Part shown: positions 31,920-42,708 of the stretch, piece by piece
Numbering within the stretch: position 1 is the first letter of the stretch
Layout: each line of letters opens with the position of its first letter
From: Pirellulales bacterium
GTDB lineage: Bacteria; Planctomycetota; Planctomycetia; Pirellulales; DATAWG01
Reading direction: 5' to 3'
Assembly: GCA_963725485.1 (NCBI GenBank)
Contig: CAVRYO010000006.1
Location: 2,573-66,572, forward strand
DNA: 64,000 nt
Position numbers and translations under genes: made by a program
The notes under the pieces: model-generated
The model's input: the letters and a program-made list of their open reading frames with translations, nothing else
Told to the model about the DNA's origin: nothing
Database searches by the model: none

Positions 31920-32147
31920 TCACTCAGCGAGCTTCTTGAAGGCCTTGGAGTACTTAGCCTTGACCTTCGCGCGTGCCGCGCGCACGCGTGCCTTATGGTC
32001 GGAGCCGCCCGCCGGCGCAATCAGCACCGATCGACCGTCGGTCGAGATTTCCAGCGGCGCTTCGGGGTCGATCTTCAGCAAATCGAGGATCGGCCGATCG
32101 ATGACCAGCGCCCAACTATTACCGTGTTTGACCAAGTTCTTGATCAT
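31920..32147 (-). CDS. AbrB/MazE-type antitoxin
   Basis: KHGNSWALVIDRPILDLLKI...KYSKAFKKLAE directly upstream of doc. Confidence 0.88.
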   Translation of the reverse strand: MIKNLVKHGNSWALVIDRPILDLLKIDPEAPLEISTDGRSVLIAPAGGSDHKARVRAARAKVKAKYSKAFKKLAE

Positions 32148-32322
32148 GCTCATGCTCCGTGGTGGTGGCACCAATGATATACCATTGTATCACCTACGGT
32201 CAGCGCTGGCAAACTGGCTTGGCCATATGCGCACTGCTACATGGATCAATCGGACGTCGATGGGCCGACGGCCCGACCGATCCGCTCGCGTTGCATCACG
32301 AAACGCCTTCGAAGAAACCAAG

Positions 32323-32396
32323 TACGCCCGGCAGGAATCGAACCTGCAACCTGCGGATTAGAAGTCCGCTGCTCTATCCAATTGAGCTACGGGCGC
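32323..32396 (-). tRNA. tRNA-Arg(TCT)
   Basis: GCGCCCGTAGCTCAATTGGATAGAGCAGCGGACTTCTAATCCGCAGGTTGCAGGTTCGATTCCTGCCGGGCGTA; cloverleaf, anticodon TCT, CCA not encoded. Confidence 0.97.
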
Positions 32397-32611
32397 GTGT
32401 CGTCAATGGCTGGTGTATACTTACGCCATTGCCATGTCAAAGAGGACCATCGTAGAGCCGATCCGAGAAACGTCTGGGCAAGGGGGACCGCCCACGACAG
32501 CCCCAATTTTGTTCGGCGCACTCACAATATCGGGACAGTTTGAGGTGCCGCCGGTTCTCGGATAGGCTCTTGGTGAGGGTAAGCGGAAAACTCATCAGCG
32601 GCAAGTGACAA

Positions 32612-33598
32612 ATGAGCGCGCGGCGTTTCTCACGACGAAGCTTCATCCAGCGGTCGGTCATCGGCGGCGCGGCCATGGTGTCGACTTGCGGCCAGGATTT
32701 GGCGCGAACGCTCGCGGCCGAGCCGACTGGGCCATCGGCCGACAACGTTCCGATCATCGACACCCATCAGCACCTGTGGGACCTGGACCGTTTCCGATTG
32801 CCGTGGCTCGCAGCGCAGGATCCGTTGCGGCGGAACTTTTTGCTCCGCAACTATGAACAGGCCGCGGCGGGGTTGAACATCGTCGGCACGATCTACATGG
32901 AAGTCGACGTGGTGGCCGAACAGAAGCAGGCCGAGGCGGAATTCGTCATCGGTCTGTGCGAGCATCGTGCGCAAACGCGCATGAACGGTGCCGTCGTCGG
33001 AGCGCGGATCGCCGACGATCGCTTTGCGCCGTACGTTCGACAATTCAAACGCCACCCGTTCGTGAAAGGCGTCCGGCAAGTGACCGCCGTGCCATTGGAG
33101 AGCGACGGCGTGACGCTCGAACAGCGGTTTCTGGCCGGCATCCGCCTGCTCGGCGAGCTGAATCTCAGCTTCGACATTTGCTGTCCCGCCGAGAAGCTCC
33201 ACGATGCGGAGAAGCTGGTCGCCGCATGTCCCGACACACGGTTTATTCTCGATCATTGCGGCAATCCGAATGTTTTAGCCAAGGATCAAACGGCTTGGAA
33301 GCGAGCGATCGAGGCCCTGGCCAGGCACGAGCGCGTGGTGTGCAAGGTATCGGGCATCGTCGCGTCGGCCGGCGAGAAGTGGTCGGTCGAGCAGCTCGCG
33401 CCGTTCGTGCGCCACGTGCGAGAATCTTTCGGGCCCGACCGACTGATGTTCGGCGGCGATTGGCCCGTTTGCACCAAGACGGCGACGCTGCGGCAATGGG
33501 TCGAGGCGTTGCGGCAGATCGTGCGCGACTGGCCGGCGGCGGAACAAGCTAAACTTTTCCACGACAACGCGGTGCGGTGCTATGCGCTGCCGGCATAG
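32612..33598 (+). CDS. Amidohydrolase_2 family lactonase with Tat signal
   Basis: SRRSFI Tat motif; IIDTHQHLW, ILDHCG.P, CKVSG, RLMFGGDWPV. Confidence 0.9.
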   Translation: MSARRFSRRSFIQRSVIGGAAMVSTCGQDLARTLAAEPTGPSADNVPIIDTHQHLWDLDRFRLPWLAAQDPLRRNFLLRNYEQAAAGLNIVGTIYMEVDVVAEQKQAEAEFVIGLCEHRAQTRMNGAVVGARIADDRFAPYVRQFKRHPFVKGVRQVTAVPLESDGVTLEQRFLAGIRLLGELNLSFDICCPAEKLHDAEKLVAACPDTRFILDHCGNPNVLAKDQTAWKRAIEALARHERVVCKVSGIVASAGEKWSVEQLAPFVRHVRESFGPDRLMFGGDWPVCTKTATLRQWVEALRQIVRDWPAAEQAKLFHDNAVRCYALPA

Positions 33599-33798
33599 GA
33601 CGAACTGCCGGATATCCAACCGCTCGATTCGCCGAGCGAAGCGGAATAAATCGAATGGCCGAATAAGTACGCGGCGGCACCCGTGCGAGTCGGACAGTTC
33701 CTTGTCCATGGGGTGCTCCCGGCGCAGCCGTAATAGCATGATGTCGGACTCGCGTTGAGTTCGGCTGACTTATCTCGAAGATCATCGGAGAAGCATTC

Positions 33799-35886
33799 AT
33801 GCTTGCAATCAGATTCCGTCGTCACGGATTCCTGGCGACCGCGGCGGTCGCGGTCGTTTCGACCTGCTTATCGGCTCGAGCGTTGGCCGATGACACCAAG
33901 CCTAGCACCGCAACGCCCGCGGTACTCCGCACCGCGAAGATTACTCGTGGCGACGCGATCGATATGATCGAGGCGACAGGCACGATCGAGCCGGAGATGA
34001 TCGTCGATGTTGGCGCCCAAGTGGCCGGCCGAATCGTGAGCCTCGGCGCCGATCCGCACAACGCAGGCAAACCGATCGACTTCAATTCGCAGGTCGAGGA
34101 TGGAACCGTCCTGGCCCAGATTGAAAAAGCTCCGTACATCGCTCAGGTCGAACGCGCGCGGGCAAGCCAAACGCGCTACGCGGCCGAGTTGGCCCTGTCT
34201 AAATCGAAGTTGGAGCTCGCCGGGGCCCAATGGCGCCACGCCCAGGAGGCGTTGAAGAGCAAAGCTATCTCGGAAGCAGAACTCGACGTGGCAAAATTCA
34301 CGCTCGCAGCGGCCAAGCCCGTGGTTGCTCTGGCCGAGGCCAATCTGGCTGCCAGCGAAGCGGAGTTGAAGCAGGCCGAGCTCAATCTCGACTGGACGCG
34401 CATCACGTCGCCAGTGAAGGGGACGGTCATCGACCGCCGGGTGAATGTTGGGCAATCGGTCGCCGCCAGTCTCGACAGCCCGAGCTTGTTTCTGATCGCC
34501 ACGGATCTCAAGAAGCTCGTGATTTGGGTGTCAGTCAATGAGGCCGACATCGGGCCAGTTCGCAAAGGACAGCCTGTCGATTTCACGGTCGATGCTTTTC
34601 CGGACAAAATCTTTCACGGCTCGGTCGACCAAATCCGGCTCAACGCCACGATGACGCAAAATGTCGTCACCTATACCGTGACGGTTCCGTTCGACAATTC
34701 CGCCGGAAAGCTTTTTCCCTATCTGACGGCCAACGTGAAAATTGAGGTCGGGCGCCGCAATCAGGTGTTGTTCGTACCGAGCGCCGCGCTACGCTGGCGG
34801 CCGCGGCCCGAGTGGGTTGTTCCCGCAGCGCGGCAAAAGCTGTCAGCCGGCTCGCATAACTCAGAGGGCCAGGATGTCCCACCCGGCGCCGCAACGCCGC
34901 GGCGAAAACAGCCCGACCGCGTCTGGATTCCAGACGGAAAATTCGTGCGGCCGATCGAAGTCGAAATTGGCCTGCGTAACGGCACACAAACAGAGATCAG
35001 GGGCCGCGATTTGAAGGACGGGCTGGAAGTGATCGTCGGAGGTGGCCTCGACCTGACGGGAACCGATCGGAAGATCCTGCCAGGCGGCGAAGCGATCGCC
35101 CGGCAGGATTTCAATCTACTGATGGTTCATCCTGGAAAGGATTTTGGCGGCGGAATCGCCAACTTGCCGCCCGCGCACTGGTTGACGCCCCAGGATGCGG
35201 AAGCCATCGCCCGGCAATGCCCGAGCATCAGCGCTGCGGCACCGGTCGTGCGGGCTCGGGCTTGGGTGACTTATGCCGAGCATAAATGGGTGCCTGCCTA
35301 TATCTATGGCACGACGCCGGACTTTCTCGCGACCCGCAACTGGGAGGAATTGGCCGCAGGCGAGCCGTTCACCGACCGCGACGTTCGCAACGCCAACAAG
35401 GTCTGCTTGATCGGCGAAACGATCAATCAGCAGTTGTTTCACGGCAATTCGCCGATCGACAAGGAACTTCGCATTCACGATGTCGCGTTCCGCGTCGTCG
35501 GCGTTTTGGGTCGCAAGGGCCCCAACCTCCTGGGTTTGGATCAAGACGATATCGTGCTGGCGCCTTGGACCGCCATCAGAAACAGTGTTGTGAATGGTGC
35601 GCCGGCGGCGCAACAATCCGGCGAATCCCATCAAGCCGATTCTGCCACAGGAGAGATTGGCCGGATAGCGGCCGCCATACGGTCGCCCGATTCGCCATCA
35701 GCCGGAAACGCCACGGTAGATGAGATTCTCGCCAAACCCGTCGCGTTGGAACAAATTCCCGATGCGATCGACGAGATAACGCAAGCGATCCGTGCGCGGC
35801 ATCATATCCGTCCCGGCGGCGACGACGATTTTCAAATCCGCGATTTCAGCGAAATGCTCAAAGTGCTCGAGAGAGCTGGCAAATAG
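33799..35886 (+). CDS. HlyD/MacA membrane-fusion protein fused to MacB periplasmic core domain
   Basis: VGAQVAGRI, ITSPVKGTV, VNEADIG, NVVTY; then LTPQDAEAI, GTTPDF, VCLIGET, FRVVGVL, DDFQIR. Confidence 0.8.
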   Translation: MLAIRFRRHGFLATAAVAVVSTCLSARALADDTKPSTATPAVLRTAKITRGDAIDMIEATGTIEPEMIVDVGAQVAGRIVSLGADPHNAGKPIDFNSQVEDGTVLAQIEKAPYIAQVERARASQTRYAAELALSKSKLELAGAQWRHAQEALKSKAISEAELDVAKFTLAAAKPVVALAEANLAASEAELKQAELNLDWTRITSPVKGTVIDRRVNVGQSVAASLDSPSLFLIATDLKKLVIWVSVNEADIGPVRKGQPVDFTVDAFPDKIFHGSVDQIRLNATMTQNVVTYTVTVPFDNSAGKLFPYLTANVKIEVGRRNQVLFVPSAALRWRPRPEWVVPAARQKLSAGSHNSEGQDVPPGAATPRRKQPDRVWIPDGKFVRPIEVEIGLRNGTQTEIRGRDLKDGLEVIVGGGLDLTGTDRKILPGGEAIARQDFNLLMVHPGKDFGGGIANLPPAHWLTPQDAEAIARQCPSISAAAPVVRARAWVTYAEHKWVPAYIYGTTPDFLATRNWEELAAGEPFTDRDVRNANKVCLIGETINQQLFHGNSPIDKELRIHDVAFRVVGVLGRKGPNLLGLDQDDIVLAPWTAIRNSVVNGAPAAQQSGESHQADSATGEIGRIAAAIRSPDSPSAGNATVDEILAKPVALEQIPDAIDEITQAIRARHHIRPGGDDDFQIRDFSEMLKVLERAGK

Positions 35887-35919
35887 ACGTCGGAGAGTCT
35901 GAATGGCTGACGAGGAAGG

Positions 35920-36065
35920 CTAGTACCTTGTCAACGCTTGGTTCTTGGATTGTGTGCCACTGGCTCTGCCGGTGCTCTTTTGGAATCCTTGCCTTGATCG
36001 GTCAACAACGAAGAACACTGGCAAAGCCAGTGGCACCCTGAATTCAAGCTGTGACAAAGCACTAG
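35920..36065. repeat. MITE/REP-doublet element, copy 1
   Basis: Terminal IR CTAGTACCTTGTCA/TGACAAAGCACTAG with internal inverted GTGCCACTGGCT..GCC.GTG palindromes; near-identical to 61547-61689. Confidence 0.8.
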
Positions 36066-36089
36066 TCGCCGTGCTTCGCCTGGTATGCA

Positions 36090-36713
36090 ATGAGATGGCG
36101 GATGCGAATTTCAAGCGACATTCATTGGACGGTTGTCTTCCTGGCTCTGCTTGTCGCGCTTCCGTTCGGTTTTTACAACTTCGTGCTCGATTGGCACGAC
36201 AAACCGTTCTGCCATAAGCAGATCTTTCTCGCGCTAATAACGTGGACGATGAAGAACGAGCCGGAAGTCGCTGACGGGACGCGCTTTTTTCCAAATCTGG
36301 GAGGTGTCGGTCGAGATTCGCTGGCCGCGATCCATCGCGAAATGGCTGATTCGATGGAATGGGCGCCGGATTACAACTATATTCCCGGCCTGCGCGAAGA
36401 CGATCCGGGCGATCTGGTTCTCCTGTATTTCAACCGCCCGACGCGATGGAACATGCATGTGGCTCCAGCTACTATTTTCACGGGGCGAAAATGGCTTCTG
36501 ATTCCCGTCGATTTCATCCAGGGTAATCGCACTTTGTCAGAACCGGGCGAATGCAGCGAACGAGTTTCCGAGGACGAGTTCAAGCGTCGCTTGAAAAAGA
36601 CCCTCGATTATCTTGAAGCCAACAAGCGGCCGAACTGGCAAGCGGCGGTCGCCGAACAGACGAAGTTTCTCGATTCCTTGACCGATTCCCACCGCGGCGA
36701 TCCAGCGCGCTGA
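36090..36713 (+). CDS. Hypothetical membrane-anchored protein
   Basis: 207 aa, N-terminal TM, protein-like composition. Confidence 0.65.
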   Translation: MRWRMRISSDIHWTVVFLALLVALPFGFYNFVLDWHDKPFCHKQIFLALITWTMKNEPEVADGTRFFPNLGGVGRDSLAAIHREMADSMEWAPDYNYIPGLREDDPGDLVLLYFNRPTRWNMHVAPATIFTGRKWLLIPVDFIQGNRTLSEPGECSERVSEDEFKRRLKKTLDYLEANKRPNWQAAVAEQTKFLDSLTDSHRGDPAR

Positions 36714-36819
36714 CGTTCCAGCCGGGCGCATTGTAGAATCAATCGCACGTGCGAATATGAAATACGGAGTCGCTACGGGCCGTAGTCCATCCCCGGTTGA
36801 GATCGACGAGGATTGAACG

Positions 36820-37559
36820 ATGAAGAGTTTGCTCTGCGGGGCGTTGTCGCTTGCCGTAACCTTCACCGCCGGTACTCCCTCTCGCTGTGCAGATAAATCC
36901 AAACTTGCCTGGGATTCAACGAAGGTTCTGGACGTCAAGAAGGAAATGGAGACTTTGGAGGCATCATTTCCTGGGCCGCCGACCAAAGGCAATTATGAGG
37001 AGCGGGCGGAGAAAGTTGACGAATTGCTCGGAAAGCGGCTATCCCATCAGGAGATGAGTGATTTGGCTGCAACCTGTGGAACTTTGCCTCTCGACGAAGA
37101 CAAATGGAGTCGGTTTGATCGCGCCTTGATTCTGGAAATGACTTGGGTCTTTCTGAGCACAGGGGATCGGGACAGCCTGGTCACTTTATTCTCAACTCGT
37201 TTTCCGTCGACTTATCACTTCACCGATATCGAGGGGCTGCTAGTGCTGCACGGTGGCAAAATCAAGGATTCTGTCCTGGTTCTGGGTGATGCCTATTCGC
37301 GCTGCCCGTGCCCGAGGTGCGGTCGGTCATCGCGCAAGCGGTTCGGCGTGGATTCAGGGGTTCCGGCATTCGCGGAAAAGATGATGCTGAATTCGTTAAG
37401 AATGCGATGAGTTGGTACGAACGCGAAAGGGGCAATCTCGTCGCCAACCTCGAATACGCTTCGAATTATTTGGATTCGAGCTTCGGCCCTGACCGCTATA
37501 TGGAGCATCCTCTGTTTAAGAATAAGTCATCTGGCCCAGCAAATGTTGAAAGGCAATGA
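36820..37559 (+). CDS. Hypothetical exported protein (frameshifted)
   Basis: GAGGA RBS, signal peptide; continues in 37308-37559 ORF. Confidence 0.6.
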
Positions 37560-38811
37560 ATGCGCAATGTCAGGCTGGGTAGTTGCATCGCGGGAGCCTC
37601 GGTGGCCTGGCCCATGTTGTTCGCGTTCACGTTTATGTCGCTGAGTTCGGCCTCGGGCGCGGATATCTCCGATCTGAAATCACGGGCGGCCGGGGGTGAT
37701 GCGAACGCCCAAGTCCGGATGGGCATCGATTACCGCGATGGCAGAGGCGTGGCCCGCGACAACGCCGAAGCCTTGAAATGGTTCCACAAAGGGGCGGAAA
37801 AAGGTGACGCGGCGGCCCTGGACAATCTCGGCTGGATGGTCGAGCACGGGCTCGGGACCGCGAAGGATTTCCGCGCGGCCGCGAAGTATTACCGGGCAGC
37901 CGCCAATAAAGGCCACGCCCAGGCCGAGTGGAATTTGGGCCGAATGTATGCCGAAACCGCCTGGGGCTACTACGACAACGCCGAAGCGGTGCGCTGGTAC
38001 CGCCAGGCCGCCGAGCATGGGCATGCCGAAGCGCAGTATCGGCTCGGCCTGGCGTATCTCCAAGGCATGGGCGTGCCGTCCAACGCCGCGACGGCCTGCC
38101 AATGGTTCCGCCGCGCCGCCGAACAACATAACCTCGACGGCGAATTGGCCCTGGGGACCATGTACTGCCTCGGGCATGGCGTGACGGAGAGCGAGGAGCA
38201 AGCCAGCGCGTGGTTCAACAAGGCCGTTCGCCCGAGTGACAACCGCGGCGCGGATGCGCTCAAGTGGCTTGCGCTGCGCAACAAGACGCCCGTCCCCGAG
38301 CGCTTTGCCTGTCTCAAGATGGCGCATATCTCGCAAGGTTGGAATCTCTGCGGCGTGGCCTCCGCCACGATGGCCAGCGCGTTCAGCGGTAAAACAGCCG
38401 ACCAATACGAAGTGAAACGGCTCTGCGGCAGTCCGCTGGGCGAAGGGACCGACTGGCTGGACCTCATCGCGGCGGCGAAGAAGCTGGGGCTCCGTTGGGA
38501 ATTGAAAACATTTCCCAACGATCAGGCTGGCCTTCTGCGCAGGGCGGACGCGAATGATGGCAGCGCTCGACGCCGGGCATCCGATCCTGCTGGACATCAC
38601 GGTCGAGCCGCCGGGCCAGCCCCCCACCGGCCACACGATGGTTGTCGTCGGCTACGAGGCCGCGGGAGACCGCTGGATCATCGACAATCCGGCGCTCGGG
38701 CCGCCGGGAATCCAATTCTACGACGTGCCGACCCTCGACAAGCGCTGGCACTCGCGCTGGTACTCGCAAACCTCGCCCGGCAATTCCCGCCCCGTCATCC
38801 TGACGCAATGA
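37560..38811 (+). CDS. Sel1-repeat protein with C-terminal C39-like cysteine peptidase (frameshifted)
   Basis: About five Sel1 repeats (AQ.RLG..Y..G.GV..D..EA..WF); QGWNLCGVAS, GHTMVVVGY, IDNP. Confidence 0.82.
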
Positions 38812-38858
38812 CGAGTTCGGCGTCGTTGAATCGAAGTTGGATGGCTTCGACGACAGAT

Positions 38859-39946
38859 TCATTCTTCCTTGGAATGCCCCCCGGCCCGTTCGCGGATGAA
38901 TTGCGGGTCGCGAGCGTTTGTCATGCAGACGTCATAGGTAATGTCGGCGCGCTGGTACAATTCCAAGAAGCGAGTCGTCCATTGTTTGCATCTGATGCTT
39001 CCGGCCTTTCTGCAATTCCGACTGAATGTGATGGGTCTCGTGTTCGCGAATGTGCCTGCGGATAGCGGGGGTCGCGATGCAAACCTCGGTGGCCAGCACG
39101 CGACCCGAGCCGCTTGGCGCGGCAGCAGCGCTGGCAGATGATCGCCTGGAGGCAGTTCGCCAATTGCACGCTGATGCTGTTTTGCTGATCCGCCGGAAAG
39201 ACGCTGTGAATGCGCTGGATCGTTTGCATGGCGTCGGGGGTGTGCAGCGTCGCCATCACGAAATGGCCGGTTTCGGCGGCGGTCAGCGCGGTTTCGATCG
39301 TCTCCAGATCGCGCATTTCGCCGATCACGATCACGTCGGGATCCTGCCGTAGCACATGGACAAGCGCCTTGCGAAACGAAGGCGTGTCGGTCGTCACTTC
39401 CTGTTGGACGACGATGCTCCGCTGGTTCTCGTGAACAAATTCCACGGGATCTTCGATCGTCACGATCTTGCAGCGCCGCTCGCGATTGATCAGGTCGATG
39501 ATGTAGTTCATCGTGGTGGTTTTGCCCATGCCGGTCGGGCCGGTCACAAGGACCAGGCCGTTGGGCAAGCGTGACAATTCGCTCAAGACCGCCGGCAAGC
39601 CGAGATCCTCGGCCGAGCGGACGACGGTCTCGCAAAGGCGGATCGCCATTTCCGGGCAGCCGCCGTGCAAATACACGCTCGTGCGAAAACGGCCTAGCGG
39701 CTGCCAGGTGCGGGAAATCGAAAGCTGCATCTCTTCGGCAAAAAGACGCCGCTGGCGGTCGTTGGTCATTTCGCAGAACAGCGCTTGCAGCGTTTCTTCC
39801 GTCAAGGCTTCGCCATCGCTGCAACGAATTTCGCCGTTCACACGGAACAACGGCGCGATTCCCTGAACCAGGTGGATGTCGCTGGCGCCAAGGCGTCGGG
39901 CGCCTTTGAGAATTCGCTCCATGTTCCAGTGGGCGGAGTATTCCAC
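38859..39946 (-). CDS. pilT: PilT/PilU-family type IV pilus ATPase (frameshifted at 3' end)
   Basis: ASDIHL, GPTGMGKTTT, TIEDPVE, LRQDPDVIVIGEMRD, AETGH..ATLH, MQTMD. Confidence 0.92.
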
Positions 39947-39949
39947 GAT

Positions 39950-40721
39950 TCAGCGTCCTGGGATCAAACGGCTAAGATCTGCAGAATCGACCAGCCGCCC
40001 CGCCGGACCTGGGCCAGCCGCTTCTCGGCATCGACATGCTTCGGGCAAAGCTGAGACAATGACCAAGGCTGGCGGCAGCCGGGCCGCCCATCCCCAAGCT
40101 CATTTCCAAGCATCCGCGCACGTACCATGCATAGGGTTGATCGGGTGCCGATTCGGTGGCCAGGCGGGCTCGGGCCAGACCACGGCTGGGAATGCCATAA
40201 TGGTCATAAATCAGAGTGTTTCCAACGGGATCAGCCAATCGGCATCGGCCTGTCGAGCCTTGTCGAAGCAATGCTGCTCGAGCGGTTGCCGTCCGGCCAG
40301 CATCCATTCGCCCCGGGCCGTCCAGCGCAGTGCCGAACGCCCCGCCGCAGCCAGCGACGCGTCGCTCGCGGCTCCGGCTTGTTGCATGTCGCCCAGCCGG
40401 CACAGTGCTCGCGTGCGGGCCGCCAGCAGATCGCCGTTGCCAGGAAAAATCTCCAGCGCCTTTCGCGACCAAAGCTCCGCCTCGGGATCCTCGCCCAGCG
40501 CGATGAGCATCTCGACCTGCCCGACCCACCCGGCGATGCAGGAGGCATCCTGTTCCAGCGCGGCGAACAATAGCGCAGTGCATTTTCATATTGTCCTGCG
40601 CGGCGATTGCGATCGGCCAATTTCGCGGGAGGGCGGGATCATCCGCGACGGTAGCGGCGCGGCCGTTGTGGCGCGGGTCGTTCGAGTCACCATCTAATTC
40701 CAGACGACCGAATCGCGGCAT
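39950..40721 (-). CDS. TPR protein (frameshifted)
   Basis: GQYENALRY, AGWVGQVEML, ALEIFP, PYAWYVRG repeats across ORFs. Confidence 0.7.
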
Positions 40722-40734
40722 TTCGCCTGCTCCA

Positions 40735-41764
40735 CTAATGCATCCACCACCAACGCCACAGCGGATAATGCCGCACAATCGCCTGGCCAAAAATGGTCGC
40801 GCGCGGATGGATCACGCGGTCGGGCTGTGTCGAGGGGAGTGCGACTCCTGCGATAGCGCTCGTGGATGGGACAATGTAATACATTCCGGCCGGCACTCGC
40901 AAATCCGCTTGATTCGGCAATGCTTGTCCGTTCAGCGGCCGCAAAGTCGATTGCCGGCCATCGACCCACAATTCTCCTTCTTTCCACGACACGGTGCTAC
41001 CCGGGCCCGCCAGGACGCGATCCATCCCATCGCCACGGCCGCGAATGATCGTGTGGCGATACTCCGGTGCGTAGCGCAACCCAATTAGAATCTTGAAAAA
41101 GCACCACGTCGCCCACCCGTGGCTCTTCGCTGACGTAAGCTCGCGGATTGAACAAAACCACATCCCCGGCGGCAAACGGCTCCTCGCTGCGCAGCCATTG
41201 TCGAGCGTCGACGAAATGTAGTAATACGCGACCAGGGGGAATGTAAATCGCCAGCAACACCAGCCCGACGATCAGCCCGCGAATCAGGATTTGTTGCGGC
41301 GTGCGATCGCGGACAGGCAGCAACAGATCGAGGGCAGAACCGGCATGCACGGCAAACGCCAGCCCAAGCATGATCGAACCGAAGGTTGAACCGAACGATA
41401 ATAGTCCCGTGGTCAGCAGCGCGGACCAAACCCCGAAGAATGCTCTGCCGCGCTGGGTGTGACCCTGAAATCGATGAGCCCAGCCCGGCACGATCATTCG
41501 AGGCAGCGTGCCCGGCTTTAACGGCGCGGTGTCAAAGATCGTCGCCGCGCCGCGTTCCAGGGCGCCGCCACGTTTGATGACGACGTCGCGTACCGGATAG
41601 TAGAGTCGCCGCCAGGGTATCCAGCGGCGGAGATGCAACACCAGCGGTCGCGCGCGGGGTGGATGAACGTCAATGGCTTCTGCCCGTAACTGCATCGACG
41701 TGCCACACCGCACGCAGGCGTTGGCGCCCGGCATATTCTGAAACTGACAATTGGGGCACTGCAT
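40735..41764 (-). CDS. Zinc-ribbon membrane protein with degenerate S26 signal peptidase-like domain (frameshifted)
   Basis: CPNCQFQN...CVRCG; VPGW + TM helices; PFAAGDVV, PRVGDVVLF, DRVLAGPG, LWVDG, VPAGMY, IFGQA. Confidence 0.65.
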
Positions 41765-41820
41765 ATTCCATCGCAGTCCAGATCAATCGGTCTGCCCTTC
41801 CGAGCGGAGCGAACGACGAA

Positions 41821-42042
41821 TCACGGTTCGCCGCTCATGTACCGATTGCTCACATGAACCTGGTCATGCACTTCCGCGGGCTGTTCGTAATATTCACTGG
41901 TTAGTTGTCGCGATTCTTCCCGCCCGATCAAGCGGGCAAAAAACTCGGCGACGTCGAGGCACCGTGCCCCTTTGATTCCCTTCGTCCGGACCGTCACTTT
42001 GCCTTGTGCGCTGATTTCGATTTCGATCTCTTCATCGGCCAC
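41821..42042 (-). CDS. DUF2997 family protein
   Basis: IEIEISAQGKVTVRTKGIKGARCL...LTSEYYE. Confidence 0.8.
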   Translation of the reverse strand: MADEEIEIEISAQGKVTVRTKGIKGARCLDVAEFFARLIGREESRQLTSEYYEQPAEVHDQVHVSNRYMSGEP

Positions 42043-42134
42043 GGAAATTCTCCGGGTGGAAAGGTGTTCGAGGTTGCAACGGTCAATCACATTGTTGGCG
42101 ACTTAAGGCCAATCCGCGAATCGTCCGCGGAGAA

Positions 42135-42184
42135 GGGGACAGGCACATTTTACTCACAGGGCATCGTAAAATGAGCCAGTCCCC
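42135..42184. repeat. REP-like imperfect palindrome
   Basis: GGGGACAGGCACATTTT...AAAATGAGCCAGTCCCC; relatives at 45454-45528 and 50644-50696. Confidence 0.7.
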
Positions 42185-42204
42185 GACGGTTTTCGGATAG
42201 GCAG

Positions 42205-42659
42205 TTAGAAATTGCGGACGCGGATCTTCACCGACTGATCGGCCTGAAGCTCCTCGCCGACGATCGTCATGTTCCGCTCCTGCAATTCGCTGACGATCCG
42301 ATGATAAGCGTACTGCTGCGTGACCCGTCCCAGCAGCTCCTCGCCCAACGCGCTTCAATTCAGCCTTGGAAACGCCGACTCCTTCCATGCAGACCTTGAG
42401 GCGCCGCGGGCGTCGCGGCTGAACGTGGCGCGAATTCCGTCGCGTTCAACCACCAACGATTGCTCTCGCCCGGCCTCGCTGGGAAGGATCTCGCTTTCTT
42501 CGACCTCGATCTCGGTGCGGTTGGCGGTGCGTTGGCATCGTCGATCGTTCCGGCAGAGGCAACCGCGAAGCCCATGGTCCCGATTGCGGCGGTCACGGCC
42601 GCGGTGATGACCGGCCAGCCCCCGATGATCAACGGGGCCAAAACGACAACGGAACTCAT
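42205..42659 (-). CDS. DUF1257/Ycf35-like protein (frameshifted)
   Basis: MSSVVVLAP...GF; C-terminal LLGRVTQQYAY.RIV.EL...GSVKIRVRNF; lies between Ycf46-like AAA and DUF2997. Confidence 0.65.
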
Positions 42660-42708
42660 GGCGACCCTCCTTTTCGGTAAACCCGCGATGGCAGAATTGC
42701 CAGCGAAT

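Larger units (their letters stand above)
28472..32396. mobile_element. ~3.9-kb degenerate island at tRNA-Arg, no integrase
   Basis: Bounded by the tRNA and its 3' duplicate; contains phage-island homologs and a TA pair. Confidence 0.75.
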
